64,000 nt of DNA, from contig JBHLKM010000016.1 in assembly GCA_048886685.1 (NCBI GenBank), positions 32,001-96,000 of the forward strand, in the 5' to 3' direction. Numbering within the stretch: the first letter of the stretch is position 1; each line of letters starts with the position of its first letter. The notes beneath the pieces were generated by a model. The model was given only the letters and a program-made list of their open reading frames with translations, had not been told where the DNA came from and did no database searches. The stretch is from Candidatus Hodarchaeota archaeon. GTDB taxonomy: Archaea > Asgardarchaeota > Lokiarchaeia > Sigyniarchaeales > SOKP01. Below are positions 10,957 through 19,935 of this stretch, in pieces. A program made the translations under genes and the position numbers.

Positions 10957-12474
10957 TTGCTTTTTTTCCCAATTTAGACAAATTTGAGCTAAAGAAATTT
11001 CTTCTGTATCAGAAATGTATTCCCTCTCTCTAATATCTACAAAAATAGGATAATTTACAGCAGTCCCCATCAATAGCATTTCGCCAACACCTAAACTTGA
11101 TATCATATTTGCATAGTCCTTTGTAATTGCTTCAGAACTATCCATAAGATGCTTCAAATCATATGGATTTTTTATATTTAGAACCATTTTTGAGTTACAT
11201 TGGGATAGAGCCGTAGTACTCAATCTTTTTGGTCTCTGACTTATTAAACATAAACAAGACATGAATTTTCTTCCTTCTCTGGCAATCATTTCGATTATAG
11301 GTTTAGAAATTGCTTTTGAGTGAGCAGCCTCAGGAGAAAATTGATGTGCTTCTTCAATAATCAGCAAAAAAGGAGGAATTTTATTTAATCTCCTTAAATT
11401 AAATAAGCGATTACAAATATAATCTACAATAATTTGTTTCTTTCTAATACTTATTTCTTTTTGAAGATTAAAAATTGTAATTTTCTGTTGTTCAATAATA
11501 TTATCCAAGTTTGGGTTCTCTTGGGAACCAAATAAAAACAGACGCTCTAAATCAGATAACCATCCTATCAATGCTTGTCGTGTGCTTTTATTTCCATTTA
11601 ATTCACGTTCAATTTGTTCAATTATATCGCTTATTGTGTACTGATTTTTCTTATTCTCATCCTTCTTCAACTTTTTGATAAATTTTGCGAGTTCTCTTAC
11701 TTGAACGTTTGATATATCTTCTTGATATTTCTTAAATGAATATATAGGCATTTTAGGGACAGATATTTGAAAATATGAGATATCTTGAATGCTTACTTTC
11801 TCGTTTAATTCAGGTACCTTCTTCAAATATAAATATTCTCCATGAACATCAAACAGGATTATTGCTGGGGTACCATAATCCTCATTTCTTTTCAATAGTT
11901 CTTCGATGAGAATTGATGTGAGATAACTTTTTCCACCTCCCGAAATTGATAGAATTGCAAAATGTTTATTTAATAATCGATTCATATTGATTTTAGCATT
12001 AGTGTTAGTAACTTTTACTTTACCTAAATTTAATCCTGTTTCTTTGTCAAATCCTATAAATTCATTGAGAAGATCTTCTTCTACAATATAAACTTCTCTA
12101 CCTGGACTTGCGGGGTAAGTCATCCTTAAAATTTTTTCAATATTAGTTTTTGAATTGTTCTTGAATTGTATTATCCCAAGACATTTCACAATAGCTATAG
12201 CGAATTCAAAATCTTCGCTTGGAAAAAGGCCCTTTAATATATTGGGATTATTATTAGTATTATAAGCTTTAATTGTTAAAGCGTCGCTAAAATATTCATT
12301 TAATAATATAATTTGTTCAATTATTCCAATTAAAAACCCTTCATTAGATTCTGTATAAACAAATAATCCCTTTTGAACGAAGTAATTATCCGTTCTTTTG
12401 CTAATAACAAAAGGGAACTGTGATACATCTGGTAGTTGTAGATAATTAAAAACTATTCCAGCTTTAATTGCCAT
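10948..12474 (-). CDS. HerA/FtsK-family ATPase (HAS-barrel-like N-terminus plus DUF87-type ATPase)
   Basis: HFAILSISGGGKS, FDVHGEY, IIEEAHQF, AREGRKF and SQRP. ATG 12474 preferred as start. Confidence 0.88.
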   Translation of the reverse strand: MAIKAGIVFNYLQLPDVSQFPFVISKRTDNYFVQKGLFVYTESNEGFLIGIIEQIILLNEYFSDALTIKAYNTNNNPNILKGLFPSEDFEFAIAIVKCLGIIQFKNNSKTNIEKILRMTYPASPGREVYIVEEDLLNEFIGFDKETGLNLGKVKVTNTNAKINMNRLLNKHFAILSISGGGKSYLTSILIEELLKRNEDYGTPAIILFDVHGEYLYLKKVPELNEKVSIQDISYFQISVPKMPIYSFKKYQEDISNVQVRELAKFIKKLKKDENKKNQYTISDIIEQIERELNGNKSTRQALIGWLSDLERLFLFGSQENPNLDNIIEQQKITIFNLQKEISIRKKQIIVDYICNRLFNLRRLNKIPPFLLIIEEAHQFSPEAAHSKAISKPIIEMIAREGRKFMSCLCLISQRPKRLSTTALSQCNSKMVLNIKNPYDLKHLMDSSEAITKDYANMISSLGVGEMLLMGTAVNYPIFVDIREREYISDTEEISLAQICLNWEKKQLK

Positions 12475-12615
12475 TTCTTTATTTAGGTATAATTTAATTA
12501 GTAAACAAATTAAATTAATCATATAAATGAACTAAAGAGCATAAAAAAAAGATAAGAGCAAAAGATTTCTGATTTAAAAAAATCAAAAGATAAAGACTTT
12601 AGGTTTCTAATACTT

Positions 12616-13230
12616 TCACTCATCTTCTTTTTCTAAGCTACCCAAAAGTCTTAAAATTAAATAATAACCGTTTTTCCAAAAATATATCATAAAGAGAGAA
12701 ACACCAATTATTACAAAAAGCCCAGTGCCCACTAATAATACCCACGGTCCGGTACTTCCTAAAAATGTAAAAAATTTACCTGAATCTCCTGATTCTGTTA
12801 TTATAAGGTTCCAAATAGGAACAAGTATGAATCCAATTATAATACCTATCAAACTTATTAATAATCCCCCTGCAGCGATTTTCACGCCAGTTCGATTTTT
12901 ATATTTTGCCTCAAGTTCTCTTTTTTTGTAAATAAATACCATTAATGACCTTGATGTTTTTTTGAACAATCCATAAAAGAAAACTAATAAGAAGAATAAT
13001 CCCGCTAAAAGGCCTCCAACTAAAGCTATTTGATATCCTAGATTTAGGTCTAAGAATAGTTCCCATTTATCAGTGGGGTCAATAAATATGTCAGCAGCAG
13101 TCCAAACAGCTCCTCCGATAGTAATCAGACTAGCTAAAACAATCAAAATATAGAAAGCTCCTGAAACCTTTTTCTGCGTTTTATTATATTCGCTAGTAGG
13201 GCCTGAAGAAAGTTCCTCCATATCATTCAC
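12616..13230 (-). CDS. Hypothetical membrane protein (about 4 TM helices, two similar halves)
   Basis: Four hydrophobic segments. Confidence 0.75.
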   Translation of the reverse strand: MNDMEELSSGPTSEYNKTQKKVSGAFYILIVLASLITIGGAVWTAADIFIDPTDKWELFLDLNLGYQIALVGGLLAGLFFLLVFFYGLFKKTSRSLMVFIYKKRELEAKYKNRTGVKIAAGGLLISLIGIIIGFILVPIWNLIITESGDSGKFFTFLGSTGPWVLLVGTGLFVIIGVSLFMIYFWKNGYYLILRLLGSLEKEDE

Positions 13231-13374
13231 AACTCATTTATTATTTTTTTATACAAGAGATGAAAATTTCGTCAGAATAACACTATGTATTTATAATTAA
13301 AAAAAAAATAACAATTAAGATATATAAAATTGATGATTATGAGCTAGATATATTTATAAAATAAAATTAGGTAT

Positions 13375-14913
13375 CTATTTTATATCTAAATTATTAGATA
13401 AATCATTTAGCCTTTTATAAAGATTGTTCTTTTCTAAAAAATTGTACAATTCATTTGAGTATTTATAGAGTTCTTCATAGTGTTTATGACGGTCCACATT
13501 AGAAACCCATTTTTTATCGATTTTACATAGACTTTCAGCAGCTTCTGATATATCTGGAAAAATTCCTGCCCCTGAAGCAGCAAGTATGGCAGCACCAAGC
13601 GAGGTTGCTTCTTCTATAATATTTCTTACACATGTTATTCCTAAAACATCAGCATATATTTGATTCCATAAATCTGAACGAGATCCACCACCAGTTAATT
13701 TTAATTCTTTTGGTTCAATTCCGATCTCTTTAAAAACTTCTATATTTTTTCGAATTTCAAACGCAATACCTTCTAATGCGGCTCTATATAAATCCTTACG
13801 CTCATGTCCTAAAGCCAAACCAAATAAGACGCCTCTAGCATGAGGATTCCAGTGTGGTGCTCCTGCTCCTACTAAATGCGGTATTAATAGTAACCCATTT
13901 GCACCCATTGGAGATTCTTCAGCTTCAGCAATCATGATATCATAAGGGTCTTGTCCTTTTTCTTTTGCAATCTCACTTTCAGCCAAGCCAACTTGATCTC
14001 TAAACCATCTAAGAGTTGCTCCAGAAGTAAAAATACTTGCTTCTTGAACCCATGTCCCAGGAACAGCATGGCAACTACATAATACACGCTTTTGGGGATC
14101 GAAATTTGGTTTCTCTAAAAATGCTAGAATAAAGCTTCCTGTTCCAGTTGTGCATTTAATTTCACCTGGAGAAACAACTCCAACACCCAAAGCAGCAGAT
14201 TGTTGATCTCCTGCACCAGTAACTACTAATGTTTTTTTATCAAACAAAGTTTCATCTGTTGTCATTTCTCCTATATCTATTCCACTCTCTAATGTTTCTG
14301 GCATTTTATCTAAATCAATTTCTAATTCAGAGGCAATTTTGTCTGAATATTTCAAATTAGAAATATCAAACAACATTGTTCGTGAAGCGTTTGAGAAATC
14401 GGTACAAAATTTACCTGTTAATTTGTGAATGATGAAATCTGAGACAAGGAGAAATTTATGAGTTTTTTGATAAATTTCTGGTTTTTTATCCTTAAACCAT
14501 AAAATTTTAGTTGCTGAAAAGTAAGGGTCGATTGTTAAACCTGTAGTTTTATAAATTTTATCTATCCCAACTTTGGTATTAATAAATTCTACTTGATCAA
14601 TCGTTCTTCTATCTTGCCAGACTATAGCATTATGAAGAGGATTGCCCTCTTTATCAACGGGTACAATAGTTTCTCTTTGGTTGGTTACAGAAAGGCTAAC
14701 AATATCAGTTTTATCAATTCCACTTTTTTTGATCGCTCGTTCTATAGTTTTTTTAAGGGAATCCCACCATACATTAGCATCTTGTTCTACAAAAGAGGGA
14801 GAAGGGTAAAAACTTTGCCACTCTTGATAATCACTAGCAATTATTGTCCCTACTAAATCAAATATATACGTTCTACAACCCGTTGTACCTAAATCTAATG
14901 CGGCTACAAACAT
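13375..14913 (-). CDS. FGGY-family carbohydrate kinase (xylulokinase/glycerol kinase-like)
   Basis: DLGTTG, TNQRET, WQDRRT, SNASRTML, GDQQ and GGGSRS motifs. Confidence 0.93.
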   Translation of the reverse strand: MFVAALDLGTTGCRTYIFDLVGTIIASDYQEWQSFYPSPSFVEQDANVWWDSLKKTIERAIKKSGIDKTDIVSLSVTNQRETIVPVDKEGNPLHNAIVWQDRRTIDQVEFINTKVGIDKIYKTTGLTIDPYFSATKILWFKDKKPEIYQKTHKFLLVSDFIIHKLTGKFCTDFSNASRTMLFDISNLKYSDKIASELEIDLDKMPETLESGIDIGEMTTDETLFDKKTLVVTGAGDQQSAALGVGVVSPGEIKCTTGTGSFILAFLEKPNFDPQKRVLCSCHAVPGTWVQEASIFTSGATLRWFRDQVGLAESEIAKEKGQDPYDIMIAEAEESPMGANGLLLIPHLVGAGAPHWNPHARGVLFGLALGHERKDLYRAALEGIAFEIRKNIEVFKEIGIEPKELKLTGGGSRSDLWNQIYADVLGITCVRNIIEEATSLGAAILAASGAGIFPDISEAAESLCKIDKKWVSNVDRHKHYEELYKYSNELYNFLEKNNLYKRLNDLSNNLDIK

Positions 14914-15016
14914 AATTGATTTACAGTTTATGATTCATAATTATAATAATAAGTTATAGATTGAATTATTGAATAAAATCCTTTTTGAAGGTTTTAATAA
15001 AATAGTCTTTTTTACA

Positions 15017-15694
15017 TCATGTTTCATACCCGCAATAGGGACACTTAAATTTTAGAAGTCCTACATTAAAGCCTTTTATTTGTGCGATCAGCTTATTACA
15101 ATTTGAACAACGTGGAGAATACTCGGGAAACCACTGTCCTTTAATGTTTGGCATTTGTTTAAGCCTATCAATAAACTTCAGTTTTACCAATTCCTTCCTA
15201 TCTACTTGGATTAATTGCTGTTCTTCAGCGATTGATTTTCCTTTAGGGGCTAAAACCATTACGAATTTCATTTTTTGTGGATTATTGAGTAAAGACAACG
15301 TTCTTAAAATAGCTTCTTTTTTATATTCTTTGAATAGTTTTCCCAATTCTGGAGGTGCTAAAGCTACTAAGGTTGCTTGTGAATCTTTAAATTCATTTTT
15401 AACTTTTTGAAATAAAAATTGAAAAATTCTTCTTTCAATGTCCATTCCCCATACAAGATTCCATGGTTTGATATCGTAATCTTCGCCACTTGGACCCACA
15501 ATTCGTTTGATACTTTCAACCCACGAATAATGTTTGAACTTATAAAGATTTGAGAGTGTATCATCAAAATATTCTGGTTCAATTACAGGAAATGTTTTAA
15601 AGATATTTTTTAATGAATATAATTTCACTTCAGTTAAAGATTTTAAATTAAGCGAATCCCATGGTGTTAAAGTGAAAATACTAAAGAAATCCAT
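15017..15694 (-). CDS. Hypothetical protein with C-terminal Zn ribbon
   Basis: CSNC...CPYCG at the C-terminus. Confidence 0.7.
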   Translation of the reverse strand: MDFFSIFTLTPWDSLNLKSLTEVKLYSLKNIFKTFPVIEPEYFDDTLSNLYKFKHYSWVESIKRIVGPSGEDYDIKPWNLVWGMDIERRIFQFLFQKVKNEFKDSQATLVALAPPELGKLFKEYKKEAILRTLSLLNNPQKMKFVMVLAPKGKSIAEEQQLIQVDRKELVKLKFIDRLKQMPNIKGQWFPEYSPRCSNCNKLIAQIKGFNVGLLKFKCPYCGYET

Positions 15695-15812
15695 TTGTTT
15701 TCATTTTTTTTTCATATAATAGAATATATTATCAATAGAGTCCATGTTTAAAAATTAATTTTATATTTTAAATTAACAATTTTTAAAAATTACATTCAAT
15801 ATAATATCTCGT

Positions 15813-16964
15813 ATGACTTCGATTTGGGATATTAAGGCTGATGTTGTTCAAAAAGGAGATAGATTAAGAGATGTCTCTCCTTTACATGATAAAACTATTG
15901 TGGATGAAATAGGTTTTACCCACTATATATTCAGTAAAACTTTATTTAATAATCCATGGTATAAAATACCTGATAATGACTTAGAATTGTTTAAAAACTT
16001 TTTAGATGGGGGATCACGAACATATCCTTCTGATGGGAGTATCCCATGTGATATAATAGCGGGAGAGGCAAGAAAAATACTTAATAGAATTGTAGATATT
16101 TCTAATGAACCTAATAATGTATTCTATAATGATGCGTGTGAAACACTTAAGGAAGGTAAATTTAATTTAGTCCGCGGTACTCTTAAATTATATTTAGGTA
16201 AATATACTACTAGAGATTGGAGGAGGAAAAGATTCACGGATGACATTGATTTCTGGGTCTTCAAAGTACACTTATTAGACCATGTTTTAAGAGAAATGGG
16301 TTGGGTTAAAAATAAAGAAACTGGAGAATTTGAAAAAAGTGTAGATTGGGTTAATCCAGATACGGGAGAAACCAGACATGAAGCTCTTTGTGCTGCAAAT
16401 AATCTAAATCAATTACTTGATTTCGGTGCTGGAAGTTATTTAGAAGGAACCAAGTTAAAAGAGATCTTTAATAAGAAGTTGAAAAGAGGTCATGATGTTG
16501 ATCTAAGTGATATAATAAATGTGGCTTTGTACAATGATGAATCAATTGGGAGAAATAAAGATGAATGGAATGATGTTTGGGAATCATTTGAAGCCGCTAC
16601 TAATACTAGAAATTCTAGAATTACTTCAAATATAATCAGTTTATGTCGTTATTCAATAGGTATTGCGGATCATTTAGAAAGGGTTAGTAGTGCTATAGCT
16701 AAATATCATGATAAAATTTTAGATAAAAATGAATATCCTGATGAAATATTAAAAAGAATCTGTAGAACATCAATCCATTGGATAGATTATCTCAAAAGTA
16801 ATGGTCCAGATGCGACCAGAAATATGTTACATGAATTCTTACTTGAACAAAAAGATGAAAAGGTTAGTCATGTGAAAAATTTAAGGTCATTTGTCGAAAA
16901 AATCCTTAGATTACTTAATTCCAAATATGAATATCTCAAAATTATATTTGAAATTGAGAATTAA
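15813..16964 (+). CDS. Hypothetical protein with a pol-beta-superfamily nucleotidyltransferase-like motif
   Basis: LVRGTLKLYL...RFTDDIDF resembles the hG[GS]...TxDxD signature. Confidence 0.55.
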   Translation: MTSIWDIKADVVQKGDRLRDVSPLHDKTIVDEIGFTHYIFSKTLFNNPWYKIPDNDLELFKNFLDGGSRTYPSDGSIPCDIIAGEARKILNRIVDISNEPNNVFYNDACETLKEGKFNLVRGTLKLYLGKYTTRDWRRKRFTDDIDFWVFKVHLLDHVLREMGWVKNKETGEFEKSVDWVNPDTGETRHEALCAANNLNQLLDFGAGSYLEGTKLKEIFNKKLKRGHDVDLSDIINVALYNDESIGRNKDEWNDVWESFEAATNTRNSRITSNIISLCRYSIGIADHLERVSSAIAKYHDKILDKNEYPDEILKRICRTSIHWIDYLKSNGPDATRNMLHEFLLEQKDEKVSHVKNLRSFVEKILRLLNSKYEYLKIIFEIEN

Positions 16965-18217
16965 TCATATAATATAATCAATTCTTCCTTTATTGGTTCT
17001 ATTTCTTTTAATAAGCGACGTTTAGTAGCACCATGAAGTAACCAAAATCCTGTCATTGATATTAGACACAGAATTCCGGCCAAATACCATACCCAGTTCG
17101 GACCAAGACGATCTATAATTAATCCCGCAGCTATAACCCCAAAAAGATTTGGTATCGCCCATTGGAAACCAAAAATAGCCATATATCGTCCACGTTTATC
17201 TTCAGGAGCAAAAGACACTGCGGCCGCTTGAGAAACTGGTGTTACAATCATTTCTCCTACTGTGATAATTACCATTGCGACAAAAAACAGGTATACAGCA
17301 GAGATAAAACCATACATTCCGAATCCAATCATATAAAAAAAAGTTCCAAGTATCATCATCTTCATCGGAGCATACTTTGAAATCCTCTTGGTTATCCAGA
17401 ATTGAAATAACACCACCATAAATGCATTCATGCTCAATAAGAAACCAAAATTCTGCGCTGAGAATTCATGAACATCCCGTAGAAATACTGAAAGCGTACT
17501 ATTCATCTGTATATATACTAACACAGTTATCGCAGAGACTATGAGGAATAACATATATACCCAGTCCTTTAACACTTCTTTATATCCGATAAGAGTTTTA
17601 ATTACTGTTTCTTCTGGCTCATCATCTTGTCTTAGAGGTTTTGTCTCCGGAATAACAAGATATACAATAATAGCAGTGATTATACTGCTCACAGCATCCG
17701 CAATGAATAGAAGAATAAACGACCGAGTTGCTAAAAATCCCCCAAAAATCGGACCGATAGCCGCTGAAAGATTAAATGCCACCCGTAGAATTCCAAATCC
17801 CTCCGCTTGCTTCTCTGTCGGAAGTAAATCTGCTACCATAGCTTGCCGTGCAGGTCTTCCAAAATTACCTACTAGCCCTAAAAATCCCGCGATAAGGTAA
17901 AAGAGATTCAAATTATCAACTAATCCCATTGAAATATTACCTATCCCGCTAGCAACTAAACCCATTATCACCATCGCGCGACGTCCATATTTATCGGCTA
18001 AGGCCCCTCCTATCATGCCACCAAATATATTTCCTGCTGAAAAGATTGAAAAGAGGATTCCCACTTGGGTCATCCCTACGCCAAAATGCTCAGTAATATA
18101 CAACGCATAAAAGGGATGTAATAAAAAGGATCCTAGCATATCAATGAAAGTAGCTAGAGCTAGCACTTTAAATGCATTAGGGTATTCTTTAAACGCACAT
18201 CGAATTTTTGTGAACAT
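16961..18217 (-). CDS. MFS transporter
   Basis: About 12 TM helices and motif A GALADKYGRR. Confidence 0.93.
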   Translation of the reverse strand: MFTKIRCAFKEYPNAFKVLALATFIDMLGSFLLHPFYALYITEHFGVGMTQVGILFSIFSAGNIFGGMIGGALADKYGRRAMVIMGLVASGIGNISMGLVDNLNLFYLIAGFLGLVGNFGRPARQAMVADLLPTEKQAEGFGILRVAFNLSAAIGPIFGGFLATRSFILLFIADAVSSIITAIIVYLVIPETKPLRQDDEPEETVIKTLIGYKEVLKDWVYMLFLIVSAITVLVYIQMNSTLSVFLRDVHEFSAQNFGFLLSMNAFMVVLFQFWITKRISKYAPMKMMILGTFFYMIGFGMYGFISAVYLFFVAMVIITVGEMIVTPVSQAAAVSFAPEDKRGRYMAIFGFQWAIPNLFGVIAAGLIIDRLGPNWVWYLAGILCLISMTGFWLLHGATKRRLLKEIEPIKEELIILYD

Positions 18218-18407
18218 GTTGATATCATCTGTTAATAAGATTGTAATTACAACGTATAGAGTTATAATATATTCTATAATTATGTTGAAAAGTATGTTTA
18301 GTAATGAATTTTGGATATTTATAGATGAAAAAGTTGAACTTCTATTGAAGTTTGAACTTAAGAAATTATTGTAACCAAATAAAAATCGACCTAATCGTTA
18401 TTTTGGT

Positions 18408-18440
18408 AAAAAAAAATCTTCGTGAAAGATGCGTTTCACG
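18408..18440 (-). terminator. Putative terminator downstream of pfk (hairpin plus U tract)
   Basis: Minus strand reads CGTGAAA-CGCATC-TTTCACG, then AAGA and T9. Confidence 0.5.
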
Positions 18441-18591
18441 TACTATTTACTACAAGCATTACCTCAAAACTCTTCTCATTGTCTTTTGATGAATGCATTT
18501 AATAAACTCATTCCGATAGTGTTCTTTTTCGTTTTATGATAGCAAAAAGAATTCCTCTGATTTCACCCATAATCTAACCTCACGTGATTAA

Positions 18592-19801
18592 CTATTTTTG
18601 CTTTGAAAGGTATCTAATTTTTACGAGTAAATCTCGAAGTTCCATTTTATCATTGTCAGATGTTATGTATTTCTTTTTTACTCCTTCTGAAAGCGGGATT
18701 GTTTCAATTTTATTTCCTTGGAGAGATACCATATTCCCAAATTTACCTTCTAAAACAAGTTTCATTGCTGCTAATCCAAACCTTAATCCTAAAATCCTAT
18801 CAAATGAATTAGGTGGTCCGGCACGCATGGTGTGACCAAGAACTACACTTCGACATTCGAAATCTACTCCATTTTTCTCAAATTCTTGTTTTAAATCGTC
18901 TCTTAAGTTTAATTCTTCAACAATTATTTGGGACATATTCAATTTTACTAATAATGGATTACCAAATGTATCCTTAGGTAATTTATCAATTGTTTCTTTA
19001 GATATGGTTTTAAAATCTCGGTTAAGAGATTCTAAATTCGGATAGGCTCCCTCTGATGTAGCAATTATATGATATTTATAGCCAGCATTAACTCTTTTTT
19101 TCAAAACATCAATAACATCTTTTTCTAAGTCAAATGGCGTTTCTGGGATTAATATTATATCTGCTCCAGCAGATATTCCGCTATACATTGTTAAAAAACC
19201 TGCATCTCTGCCCATTACTTCTACAACAAATACTCTTTGATGCGATCGAGCCGTGGTTGTAAGATTATCCATCGCGTTAGAGGCTAGTTGTGTCGAACTC
19301 CAGAAGCCAAACGTATAATGTGTTCCCTGCAGGTCATTATCAATAGTTTTTGGCACTCCTACTACTTTAGCATCAGCGAATCTATACAAATTATCAGCCA
19401 CTCCAAGAGTATCGTGTTCAGTTTAAAACAGAAGTTATTCTAAAACTCCACCGATAGCAATTAGAGCATCTATTCCTAATTCTTCAAACTTTTTGGTTAA
19501 TTCTTTAGCTTTTTCCTCTTTTGCACTTACTCCCTTAAATGGATTCGTCCTACTTGTATATAGGATAGTCCCCCCCACAGTATGTAGGTCATCATGTTCT
19601 GCTATATTAAGTGGAATTGTTTGGTTTTCCACAAATCCTTTCCATCCCTTAAGGATGCCAACACATTCAATCCCAGTATCATAAGCTTTAAGCATGATTC
19701 CATAAAGTACGGAATTTAAACCGGGACAGTGTACGACAGTTAAGGAAACCTTTAGACATGGCTCCGCCGCCCGTGAGAATTCCAACTTTTTTAATTGCTA
19801 T
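18592..19801 (-). CDS. pfp: PfkA-family phosphofructokinase, predicted PPi-dependent. Three exons (19762-19801, 19446-19730, 18592-19415) give 382 aa after removal of two BHB-type introns
   Basis: Joined exons (40+285+824=1149 nt) read (M)AIKKVGILTGGGDCPGLN...ALIAIGGDDTLGVA...PKTIDND...EVMGR...LGHTMRAG with no internal stop. SD GAAGGTGA lies 6 nt before an ATA start. Confidence 0.9.
19416..19445 (-). other. Putative mRNA intron 2 of pfk (30 nt, BHB-type, contains in-frame TAA)
   Basis: GGT GGA G^TTTTAGAATAACTTCTGTTTTAAACTGAAC^AC GAT. Exon stem UAUCG/CGAUA, bulges AG^U and AC^A, 9-bp intron stem. Confidence 0.85.
19731..19761 (-). other. Putative mRNA intron 1 of pfk (31 nt, BHB-type, frameshifting)
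   Basis: GGC GGA G^CCATGTCTAAAGGTTTCCTTAACTGTCGTAC^AC TGT. Central helix GCGG/UCGU, bulges AG^C and AC^A. Confidence 0.8.
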
Positions 19802-19807
19802 TTATAA

Positions 19808-19815
19808 TCACCTTC
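19808..19815 (-). promoter_or_regulatory. Shine-Dalgarno site of pfk
   Basis: GAAGGTGA, 6 nt upstream of the ATA at 19801. Confidence 0.7.
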
Positions 19816-19935
19816 ATTAATTTTTATTTTTTTGACTAATTAATTAAGCCATTTTTGATTAAAAATGTTATTATGAAGTTATATTTAAAAAGATATAAAT
19901 GAAATTATCTTTCCATTCCTTTTTTTTTTAAAAAT

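Noticed and set aside
18508-18570. 20-codon ORF (MGEIRGILFAIIKRKRTLSE) after pfk with upstream GAGG, ending in TGA
   Set aside because: Too short, with no recognisable motif. Reading through TGA hits TAA two codons later, so there is no case for selenocysteine.
19731-19761. Programmed frameshift, stop readthrough or transposon footprint as explanation of the pfk inserts
   Set aside because: Frameshifting or readthrough would leave about 10 extra residues inside catalytic GGD loops. No flanking target-site duplication is present.
19435-19785. Track ORF MEFSRAAEPCLKVSLTVVHCPGLN... and the separate 18592..19401 ORF as two genes or a pfk pseudogene
   Set aside because: The odd N-terminus is out-of-frame exon 1 plus intron 1, and the C-terminal VLE* is intron 2. 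The exons show no other lesions and both inserts have BHB geometry, so a spliced gene fits better than decay.
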